The notes under the pieces are model-generated. The model saw only the letters and a list, made by a program, of their open reading frames with translations, did no database searches and had not been told where the DNA came from. A stretch of DNA of 64,000 nucleotides, taken from positions 3,122,101 through 3,186,100 of the forward strand of contig NC_092677.1 in assembly GCF_964355755.1 (NCBI RefSeq), in the 5' to 3' direction. The stretch is from Antedon mediterranea (taxonomy: Eukaryota > Animalia > Echinodermata). Shown here piece by piece: positions 53,647-64,000 of this stretch; the first letter of the stretch is position 1; each line of letters opens with the position of its first letter. The position numbers and the translations under genes are program-made.

Positions 53647-56600
53647 ATGATTGTTTTTGCTTGGTTTTACCTGGTCATCAACTCCCATGTTTTGGGGGAT
53701 AGTCCTGCTACGGTCCTGCCAACCACGGATAATGGTAAATAATCATAATAAAAACGTTTATGTCTTAAATGTTGTTAGTAGGGTGAGGAACATTGTTTGA
53801 TGGATACAAAATACAGTATCGGATCGGGTCCAATGCACTGTGCTTGGACCCAAGTTTGGATTTACCATATTTTAGTCAAAAATAATCTTTCTAAATAGAC
53901 TCTGCATCAACAGGTTATCACTCAATAAGACTTACTCTGGACCCCTACCACGGTGACTGATATGTATTAGTCTGTGACAGTTGCTATTACTTTACACCGA
54001 TATTCTAAAATCCTAAAAAATAACAGTTTAGTGGTAATAGTAATATTAATTAATTTTATACTTATTATAGCAGTAACATGTTGATATTTGAAATATTGAT
54101 GAGCATGTTAATAATAACATTCTCGAAAAATTCCATCTGGTTTCAAATGATTTATGTTAAGATAGTAGCCGAAACGTAGCAAAATATTATGTCTAACATA
54201 TGATAAAATAAATCATCTCTTTTAATATAATTAATTTTCTTGTTGTATTTTTAGAGGTTGGAAGTGAAGATTATAGTTATGATCCCGAAGGATGTATTAT
54301 GACTTACAAACACTGGAAAGAACAAAGTAAGACGTGTTGTTATTGTGTGATTGTTACTTTTAATAATTTACTTATTCAATAACGTAAATCAATATACTGA
54401 TTTATAACAAATGTTCGATTGTGTAAATATCAATTAAATACTAATAAATTAATAATAATAATAATAATATTTTTGTATATTACTGTATATATTAACTTAA
54501 TCATTTTTTGTTGTTGCAGGTGATATTTTATTTGTGTCAAACTCTGATCCTCCGGGAATTTATATGGCAAATGTAAGTTCCAGTGACACCACACCTTTAA
54601 GGTTTGCGATTGTAATGGAGAATGTTGAGTTAACCGAACCATGGGATCTTAGCTATGATGGTACCACATCAACGTTATACTGGACTGACTACAGGAAGGA
54701 TACCATTGAACGATATTCATTTGATACTAACCAACACGAAGTGTTTGTGTCTAATGTACAGTGTAAGATAAAAATATTTAGTCTGTTTAGATTTTATTTT
54801 TTAATTAAAAATAATAGGCCTTATTATAGGCCTATTTTAGTAGCAATTGTTTAAATTGTGTATGCTTATTATAGTACAAATAGGCACTCTTCAGAATATT
54901 TTAATGGTTGAACCACATCCTACATTGTGTTTGCTTATTATAGTACAAATAGACACTCTTCAGAATATTTTAATGGTTGAACCACATCCTACATTGTGTA
55001 TGCTTATTATAGTACAAATAGGCACTCTTTAGAATACTTTAATGTTTGAACCACATGCTACATTGTTTTATTGTTAAATAATCATGAAGGTAATAAAGAA
55101 TCAGTCTTTATGAAAGTTACGTCACAAGATCAACGCGTACTGTACAGAGACATCTGCACATGAATTGTTATTATAGTCAAAACAACATTTAGAAAGTTTC
55201 TCTGCCAAAGCCTCTCTTTTAAATAATGTCTATGTTGTTATTCCATACTCTGTCAGGTATCTTTCAAGTTCACGTCATCAAACAAAATTGGGATTAAACA
55301 AGTTTATATGATGTTTTATTAGATCTTCTACAAGTGTGTTATGTATACTGCATAGCCTACATTAAATGCATAACTCTTACTTATAGTCCAACAGAATTTA
55401 GAAAGTTCATAATTTCTCTGCCAAAGCGGAAAGCGTCCCGAATCCATCTCTCTGTCAAATAATGTCTATGTTGTTATTCCATACTCTGTCAGGTATCTTT
55501 CAAGTTCACGTCATCAAACAAAATTGGGATTAAACAAGTTTATATGAGAAGTTTAGATCTTCTACAAGTTTAATATGTATACAATAAATACTCTTATTTA
55601 TGGTTTGTGGTGTTGGACATTTAAAATGTGTTTAAAGACAGGTTTGTCTTTATAAACCCTATAGCATAACTGTAGTTAGATTGTATTACAACAAGCTTTA
55701 CATTTTCATCATTTATAAAGGGGTGCGTGGTTTAGCCGTTGATGGACCTGGAAAGAAGCTTTATTGGACAGATGATGACCAAGACCGAATTGAAGTAATA
55801 AATCTGGATGGAACAAACAGAAGAACACTGATTGACACAGGATTAAAATGGCCACGTGCAATTGAGATAGACACAACCAACGGGTATGTCACTTTCTATG
55901 GTACCGTTATACAATATCTCTCCAATGAAATCAACTAGTTAACTTCACATATCCATAATATCGATTATTACGTAAATGCGTATTATTAATGCATACACAT
56001 TATTTACCTATTTTAATAATGAATTAGGAAAGAAATAATTATTTATATTTTTTCATACATTTATTATAAGAATTTAATTTCATTGAATAACTCGGTTTTA
56101 GTTATTTTATAAGTGTTTTTCTGGTATATGTGACTCAACTCAACTTAACTTCAGTAATTACTAAGTGTTTTTCTGGTATATAGACCTATGTGACTATACA
56201 CAGTAACTGTAAATAGCATACTATATTTAATTAGATACCTGTACTGGACTGATGTAGGATTCAACAAGATAGAGCGAGTGAAGTTAAATGACTTGAGTAC
56301 AAGAACCGCTTTAGTGACAACTGGACTTAGTACTCCAACCGGACTTGTTTTAGCAGTTCCCGGTAAGTTAGAGTCATAAATGTATGTAAGTTGTATATTG
56401 ATACTACTGTATAATGTTTTAGGCTATCTATTAAACGTAGGTAGGCTCTTAGATTAAATCCTTTAACATTGGCACGATCATTTTGCAGTAAGATCATGTG
56501 GTAAAGAATTTAACTCCAGGGTAAGACCATGGGCGTATCCCCGGTGTAAGACTAATTTGGTCATGTTTAATACATTGTGATGCTAAAATGTTACAATTAT

Positions 56601-57066
56601 ATGTTAAAATGTAATAGAACCAAATTTCTTAACTATTTTACATTTATACCTGTCAACAGTCTTCAAACAGTCTTCAAACTTGCTCACGTAGGCCTACAAT
56701 TTTACTATGAGTGAAAGGAGCACATTCATTATTATCAAAAATATTAAATTGAATCCATCCGCTATTTCACTGTAGCTTTTATATATTTTAGATGGAAAGA
56801 TGTATTGGTGTGATCGGGATAAGAACAACTGGATTGAGGAAGCTAACCTTGACGGATCTAACAGAAGAACGATCATAATGCTTGATGGAAACTATCCACC
56901 ATATAGAATTGACATTTATAGAAACTACTTGTACTGTACAAATTACAACGATGGTATATTATATCGAGTTGATAGAACAACCGGAATATCAACAAAGCAA
57001 AGTAGCGATAGTCGACTTAATAATCCAGCAGACTTATATATTTTCAAAAGTAAATATTCTAATTAA
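53647..57066 (+). CDS. Secreted-type YWTD (LDL-receptor class B) beta-propeller protein, LRP-like, ~322 aa if it ends at 57066
   Basis: Exons 53647-53734, 54255-54326, 54520-54762, 55721-55883, 56235-56362 and 56792-57066 join in phase. Hydrophobic leader MIVFAWFYLVINSHVLG; blades LFVSN, LYWTD, LYWTD, LYWTD, MYWCD, LYCTN. The 3' end is uncertain (possible donor A|gtaaat at 57049/57050). Confidence 0.82.
54855..55066. repeat. 69-bp tandem repeat, 3 copies (intronic)
   Basis: ttattatagtacaaatag at 54866, 54935 and 55004. Confidence 0.85.
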
Positions 57067-57444
57067 AGTATTTAAATGAAATTGATGTTAATTAAAACTA
57101 TATAATTGTAGTTTTTCTTTATACAAATTGCCTACATTATTTCTGAAAGCAGAGTTCTAATCGGGGCCTAGTTGTGGACTCATTAAAGACTAAAACAATG
57201 CAAGACAAATAGACATTTTTTTTGTATTGCTGTAGTGAAAGACTTTTATGGCGGCAGATAATGTACATTTATTAAATTCCGCAGCTAAAAGACGTACACG
57301 TAACCCATGATTAAAATAAAATGTTTCGATTGATCATTAAGCTTTATATTATCTGGCCTACCTAACTACATGAACATGAAATTGTTTTTTTTTTACGTGT
57401 CTCACCTTTATTCATGTCGTAATCTACCGTGTGTTATTGCTTTC

Positions 57445-57520
57445 GTTTGATTGGTTGATCACTGCCGCCACGCGCAGACGAAGGTACAACCTACTTATGG
57501 GCGGAGCAAATATAAATACT
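57445..57520 (+). promoter_or_regulatory. Putative Pol II core promoter (reverse CCAAT, GC box, TATA)
   Basis: gattgg at ~57449, gggcggagc at ~57498 and tataaata at 57511, in canonical order ~180 bp upstream of the ATG at 57692. Confidence 0.45.
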
Positions 57521-57691
57521 GTCTTTAAAATACTACATTTTTGTGTTTCATCGATTAGTATCTGTTCGAAACCTGTGCGGTGATATTTAGGATCAATTAA
57601 TCTCGAAAAATGTATGGAAACGAAAAAATGAGGATTGATTTATTACAAACTTGTCGCATGTTTTAATTGTAAACCTGAACGTAATTTTCAA

Positions 57692-58765
57692 ATGTTAGCG
57701 ATGTCAGAGCCCGAGCCAACACCTGAACAAGAACAAGAACCAGAACCCGAGCCAGAGTCTGTTGCTACGGAGCCCGAACCTGAGAATGAAGCAAATGCGG
57801 AGCCCGTACCGGACTGGGACGAAGCCCGGGAATTATGGTCGTGGGCCTGGCAGTTGCACACATACGGCTTTGGACTAGCTTTCACAGCACTTATGCTGTT
57901 TAGCGTAATGCGTATGTACTTTTCATGTCGATCATGTCGCGGTAAAGTGACTAACGCCGTTGCGTTACGTTTGATCTTATTCGGCTGTTTGATTTTAACG
58001 ACAGGATTTCGATCGATCAGTTTGTTAGTTGATCCATACGGATCGTGTTCCAAGTTATCCGGCCTGACCATTAACTTGTTATGGTCTCTGACGTTCCCTT
58101 TCCTGTCAGCTGCGCTCAACCTTCTCCTGTTTATATTACTAGAAACTACGAAATTGACGACGTGTCATGATCACTCCCGTAATATGATTATTCTCGCATT
58201 TGGCACGTGTATTTATATCGTAGTAACCATAACAACCGACATTATCATTGCGTTAGTTAAAGAAGTAAAAGGTCTTATGTTGTTTTGTCAACTTGTTTTT
58301 GTCGTTTGGAGCACAACAATAATGATAGGATTCTGTTTTGTTTGTTATAAAGTTAAAAGTAATTTACGAAACGCAAATTCCGTAAAGAAAACCGACACGG
58401 AAGAACGGCGCGTGACGCTGTTTTTGCGTCGTGTTTCGGCGTGCGCGTGTACGGGATTCCTATTCATGGCCGCGCAGTTGTACTCCATATTTGGAGTATT
58501 TGGTGTTTTATCTACTAGCGATGAGAAAGTTGACCCATGGTCTTGGTGGGTTTTTCAAACTTGTATGCGAACAATTGAAATCGCCATGTGTTGCTTGATT
58601 CACGCTCTTGTTGGTAATGACAGCAAATACACAAGCAAACTGAAAAGTATTAAGATGAAGATTTCTAAAAGATGGAACTCTGTGATAAACAGAAGCAGCT
58701 CGGCTGTTAAGCCTTTTAATGATAGTTCCACTAACTTGTCACCGACCACCTGCTATCAGGAATAG
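57692..58765 (+). CDS. Proline-rich transmembrane protein 3/4-like (PRRT3/PRRT4 family) 7-TM protein, single exon, ~357 aa
   Basis: Glu/Pro stalk (EPEPTPEQEQEPEPEP) followed by seven hydrophobic segments. Family-like motifs WAWQLHTYGFGLAF, RSISLLVDPYG and PWSWWVFQTCMRTIE. Confidence 0.75.
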   Translation: MLAMSEPEPTPEQEQEPEPEPESVATEPEPENEANAEPVPDWDEARELWSWAWQLHTYGFGLAFTALMLFSVMRMYFSCRSCRGKVTNAVALRLILFGCLILTTGFRSISLLVDPYGSCSKLSGLTINLLWSLTFPFLSAALNLLLFILLETTKLTTCHDHSRNMIILAFGTCIYIVVTITTDIIIALVKEVKGLMLFCQLVFVVWSTTIMIGFCFVCYKVKSNLRNANSVKKTDTEERRVTLFLRRVSACACTGFLFMAAQLYSIFGVFGVLSTSDEKVDPWSWWVFQTCMRTIEIAMCCLIHALVGNDSKYTSKLKSIKMKISKRWNSVINRSSSAVKPFNDSSTNLSPTTCYQE

Positions 58766-59629
58766 CAGCTCTATATGCAGCTCCATGCGCCTGAGCAGCA
58801 CGTTTTTTTTTTGTGTAGCTTCTAATGCAACCGTCCGCTTTAATACAATTATTATATAACGTAACGTACAGTCAACCACACGATAAACTATCGGATTACG
58901 TGTCACCAAGCGCGTGTTGTATTGTAGATTAGTGAACGATTATTAAGGCATTTACTACTATATCTGTCGGCTAAACATCGTAGCAATTTACACGCAATAC
59001 ATTTGTTGACTTTAATAAACGTTGTTGTCACAATATACTGAAATTGTTTTCTGTGGGAGAACGATTGAAATTAGGTCAAAGGTCAAAGATGATTATTAAT
59101 ATTATTATTATTACGCCGTTAAATACGCTTGGATTTTTTATACGACCGGATCCGGGTAATTTCCAGATCTCCAGGCTTGTATCTCCACGAAGTAACTGTA
59201 GCCTATCTATATACTTATACTTAACAAGACCATTTTCACTATTTAAACTCTTATTCTAAAACCTATTAAATTAGGCAACATAATTTTCGGTAGATAGGCC
59301 AAGTTAGAAATTGATTTTTTTTTAAAGGAAGCAAATTGTAACTGTTTAGTAATGCCTTGCATCGTGCTTCCATTCTCTAACGTTGTTGGAGCGACTCAGC
59401 GTTTTTATTATGATGTTGACGTCATAATTATATTTTAAAATCTAATTAGGCCCATAGGCTACATCCATAACATTTATTTTCCAATTCGTTAACCGACTAC
59501 GTATATTATTTCAAATTATAATTATTTTCACAATGTAATTTTACTTGTTCAAAAACTGTATTTAATTCATAAATAAAGTCCTATATTATATATCAATGTG
59601 AAAAAATGGCAATATTATCGTTTAATTAT

Positions 59630-62600
59630 TGATTTTTAAAAAGTGGAAATGTTGGGCATTTTTCGAAAAATGGCAAATTTTCGTCTATAAGATGATTATA
59701 AAGCAATATATGTGCATAAATAGCAATATTACTGCATAATAACAGGTTTTTAAAAAGTGCGTTTTTTGGCCATTTTTTGAAAAATTCCCTGTACTTAATA
59801 GTACAGGAAAATTTAACATAGCATAATAAACATTCGCAGATTGTGCTATAGTAACCACTTTTGACATAAATGGTTACTATAGCATAATAAACATGCGCAG
59901 AGTCCATGTATGTAAACATTTTCGAAAAATGGCCGATTTTCCGGACCCTTTTATTTTTTTATATAAATGGTTTCTATAGCATAATAAACATGCGCAGAGT
60001 CGAATAATGGGTTCTGCGCATGTCAATTGTGGTATAGTAACCACTTTTGACATAAATGGTTACTATAGCATAATAAACATGCGCAGAGTCGAATAATGGG
60101 TTCCGAGCATGTCAATTGTGCTATAGTAACCACTTTTGACATAAATGGTCACTATAGCAAAATAAACATGCGCATAGTCGAATAATTGGTTCTGCGCATG
60201 CCAATTGTGATATAGTAACCAACCAAAAAATCCCTGTACTATATATAGTACATGGAAATTTTCGAAAAAAGGTCGATTTTCTACCCTTTTATTTTCTGAC
60301 ATAATTGGTTACTATAGCATAATATACATGCGCAGAGTCGAATAATGGGTTCTGAGCATGTCAATTGTGCTATAGTAACCACTTTTGACATAAATATTTA
60401 CTATAGCATAATAAACATGCGCAGAGTCGAATAATGGGTTCTGCGCATGTCAATTGTGCTATAGTTACCAGTTTTATCGAAAAATAAAAAGGTCGAAAAT
60501 TGGTAATTTTTTTAAAAAATCCCTGTACTATAGTACAGGGAAATTTTCGAAAAATGACTGATTTTTTACCCTTTTATTTTCTGACATAAATGGTTACTAT
60601 AGCATAATTAACATGCGCAGAGTCGATTAATGGGTTCTGCGCATGTCAATTTTGCTACAGTAACCACTTTTGATATAATTGGTTACTATAGCATAATATA
60701 CATGCGCAGAGTCGAATAATGGGTTCTGCGCATGTCAATTGTGCTATAGCAACCAGTTTTATCCAGAAAAAAAATGGTCGAAAATTCAAAATATTTTGAA
60801 AAAATCCCTGTACATGGAAATTTTCGAAAAATGGCCGATTTTCGACCCTTTTATTTTTTTACATAAATGGTTACTATAGCATAATAAACAAGCGCAGAGC
60901 CGAATAATGGGTTCTGCGCATGTCAATTGTGCTATAGTAACCACTTTTGACATAAATTGTTACTATAGCATAATAAACATGCGCAGAGTCGAATAATGGG
61001 TTCTGCGCATGTCAATTGTGCTATAGTAACCAGTTTTATCGAAAAATAAAAAGGTCGAAAATTGGTAATTTTTTTTAAAAATCCCTGTACTATAGTACAG
61101 GAAAATTTTCGAAAAATGGTCGATTTTTTACCCTTTTATTTTCTGACATAAACGGTTACTATAGCATAATATACATGCTCAGAGTCGAATAATGGGTTCT
61201 GCGCATTCCAATTTTGCTATAGTAACCTCTTTTGACATAAATATTTACTATAGCATAATAAACATGCGCAGAGTCGAATAATGGGTTCTGCGCATGTCAA
61301 TTGTGCTATAGTTACCAGTTTTATCGAAAAATAAAAAGGTCGAAAATTGGTAATTTTTTTAAAAAATCCCTGTACTATAGTACAGTGAAATTTTCGAAAA
61401 ATGGTCGATTTTTTACCCTTTTATTTTCTGACATAATTGGTTACTATAGCATAATATACATGCGCAGAGTCGAATAATGGGTTCTGAGCATGTCAATTGT
61501 GCTATAGTAACCATTTTTGACATAAATGGTCACTATAGCATTATAAACATGCGCAGAGTCGAATAATGGATTTTGCGCATGTCAATCGTGCTATAGTTAC
61601 CAGTTTTATCGAGAAAAAAAATGGTCGAAAATTGGCAAGTTTTTGAAAAAATCCCTGTACTATAGTACAGGGAAATTTTCGAAAAATGACTGATTTTTTA
61701 CCCTTTTATTTTCTGACATAAATGGTTACTATACCATAATTAACATGCGCAGAGTCGATTAATGGGTTCTGCGCATGTCAATTTTGCTACAGTAACCACT
61801 TTTGACATAAATGGTTACTATAGCATAATAAACATGCGCAGAGTCGAATAATGGGTTCTGCGCATGTGAATTGTGCTATAGTTACCAGTTTTATCGAAAA
61901 ATAAAAAGGTCGAAAATTAGTAAAATTTTTTTAAAAATCCCTGTACTATAGTACAGGGAAATTTTCAAAAAATGGTCGATTTTTTACCCTTTTATTTTCT
62001 GACATAAATGGTTACTATACCATAATTAACATGCGCAGAGTCGATTAATGGGTTCTGCGCATGTCAATTTTGCTACAGTAACCACTTTTGACATAAATGG
62101 TTACTATAGCATAATAAACATGCGCAGAGTCGAATAATGGGTTCTGCGCATGTGAATTGTGCTATAGTTACCAGTTTTATCGAAAAATAAAAAGGTCGAA
62201 AATTAGTAAAATTTTTTTAAAAATCCCTGTACTATAGTACAGGGAAATTTTCAAAAAATGGTCGATTTTACACCCTTTTATTTTCTGACATAAATGGTTA
62301 CTATAGCATAATATACATGCGCAGAGTCACATAATGGGTTCTGAGCATGTCAATTGTGCTATAGTAACCACTTTTGACATAAATGGTCACTATAGCAAAA
62401 TAAACATGCGCATAGTCGAATAAATGGTTCTGCGCATGCCAATTGTGATATAGTAACCACTTTTGACATAAATGGTTAGTATAGCATAATAAACATGCGC
62501 AGAGTCGAATAATGGGTTCTGCGCATGTGAATTGTGCTATAGTTACCAGTTTTATCGAAAAATAAAAAGGTCGAAAATTGGCAATTTTTTTGAAAAAATC

Positions 62601-64000
62601 CCTGTACTATATATAGTACATGGAAATTTTCGAAAAAAGGTCGATTTTTTACCCTTTTATTTTCTGACATAATTGTTTACTATAGCATAATATACATGCG
62701 CAGAGTCGAATAATGGGTTCTGAGCATGTCAATTGTGCTATAGTAACCACTTTTGACATAAATGGTCACTATAGCATTATAAACATGCGCAGAGTCGAAT
62801 AATGGACTTTGCGCATGTCAATCGTGCTATAGTTACCAGTTTTATCGAGAAAAAAAATGGTCGAAAATTGGCAAGTTTTTGAAAAAATCCCTGTACTATA
62901 GTACAGGAAAATTTTCGAAAAATGACTGATTTTGTACCCTTTTATTTTCTGACATAAATGGTTACTATACCATAATTAACATGCGCAGAGTCGATTAATG
63001 GGTTCTGCGCATGTCAATTTTTCTACAGTAACCACTTTTGACATAAATGGTTACTATAGCATAATAAACATGCGCAGAGTCGAATAATGGGTTCTGCGCA
63101 TGTGAATTGTGCTATAGTTACCAGTTTTATCGAAAAATAAAAAGGTCGAAAATTAGTAAAAATTTTTTAAAAATCCCTGTACAGGGAAATTTTCCAAAAA
63201 TGGTCGATTTTACACCCTTTTATTTTCTGACATAAATGGTTACTATAGCATAATATACATGCGCAGAGTCGAATAATGGGTTCTGAGCATGTCAATTGTG
63301 CTATAGTAACCACTTTTGACATAAATGGTCACTATAGCAAAATAAACATGCGCATAGTCGAATAAATGGTTCTGCGCATGCCAAATGTGATATAGTAACC
63401 ACTTTTGACATAAATGGTTAGTATAGCATAATAAACATGCGCAGAGTCGAATAATGGGTTCTGCGCATGTGAATTGTGCTATAGTTACCAGTTTTATCGA
63501 AAAATAAAAAGGTCGAAAATTGGCAATTTTTTTGAAAAAATCCCTGTACTATATATAGTACATGGAAATTTTCGAAAAAAGGTCGATTTTTTACCCTTTT
63601 ATTTTCTGACATAATTGGTTACTATAGCATAATATACATGCGCAGAGTCGAATAATGGGTTCTGAGCATGTCAATTGTGCTATAGTAACCACTTTTGACA
63701 TAAATGGTCACTATAGCATTATAAACATGCGCAGAGTCGAATAATGGACTTTGCGCATGTCAATCGTGCTATAGTTACCAGTTTTATCGAGAAAAAAAAT
63801 GGTCGAAAATTGGCAAGATTTTGAAAAAATCCCTGTACTATAGTACAGGGAAATTTTCGAAAAATGACTGATTTTTTACCCTTTTATTTTCTGACATAAA
63901 TGGTTACTATAGCATAATTAACATGCGCAGAGTCGATTAATGGGTTCTGCGCATGCCAATTGTGATATAGTAACCACTTTTGACATAAATGGTTAGTATA
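59630..64000. repeat. Complex satellite of 89-bp hairpin modules and ~105-bp palindromic linker modules; ~285-bp basic period, 942-bp higher-order repeat; runs off the window
   Basis: ccctgtactatagtacaggg-type palindrome at ~60521, 61083, 61368, 61653, 61939 and 62225; identical ORF artefacts at 62476 and 63418 (offset 942). Confidence 0.92.

Noticed and set aside
57688-58119. Antisense ORF (143 aa), likewise 6077..6487, 17738..18025 and 44422..44733
   Set aside because: Shadow ORFs opposite genuine coding exons; no independent motifs.
59630-64000. CRISPR-like or integron attC-like array of palindromic repeats
   Set aside because: Intervening sequences are themselves repeated rather than unique spacers or cassettes; no cas or integrase gene; eukaryotic context.

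Overview
AT-rich, intron-rich eukaryotic (metazoan) genomic DNA. An invertebrate deuterostome such as an echinoderm is plausible, but that is inference only. I reconstructed four protein-coding genes by hand from splice sites and reading-frame phases. (1) The 5' part of a junctophilin (MORN-repeat) gene on the minus strand; its 3' exons were not found and probably lie left of the window. (2) Head-to-head with it, about 1.1 kb away, a complete 14-coding-exon ZCCHC14 orthologue (~1111 aa; PX-like region, Smaug-type SAM, C-terminal CCHC knuckle) with one GC-AG intron. (3) A 6-exon gene with a signal peptide and a single six-bladed YWTD (LDLR class B) beta-propeller. (4) An intronless PRRT3/PRRT4-like 7-TM ORF, which may be spliced in frame to the YWTD exons. 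Introns are filled with MITEs and non-autonomous DNA transposons (Harbinger-, Kolobok- and pogo-like, plus one element with a 5-bp TSD), two tRNA-derived SINE families and many minisatellites. The last ~4.3 kb is a satellite built from two alternating palindromic modules with a 942-bp higher-order repeat. No rRNA, bona fide tRNA or CRISPR array is supported.
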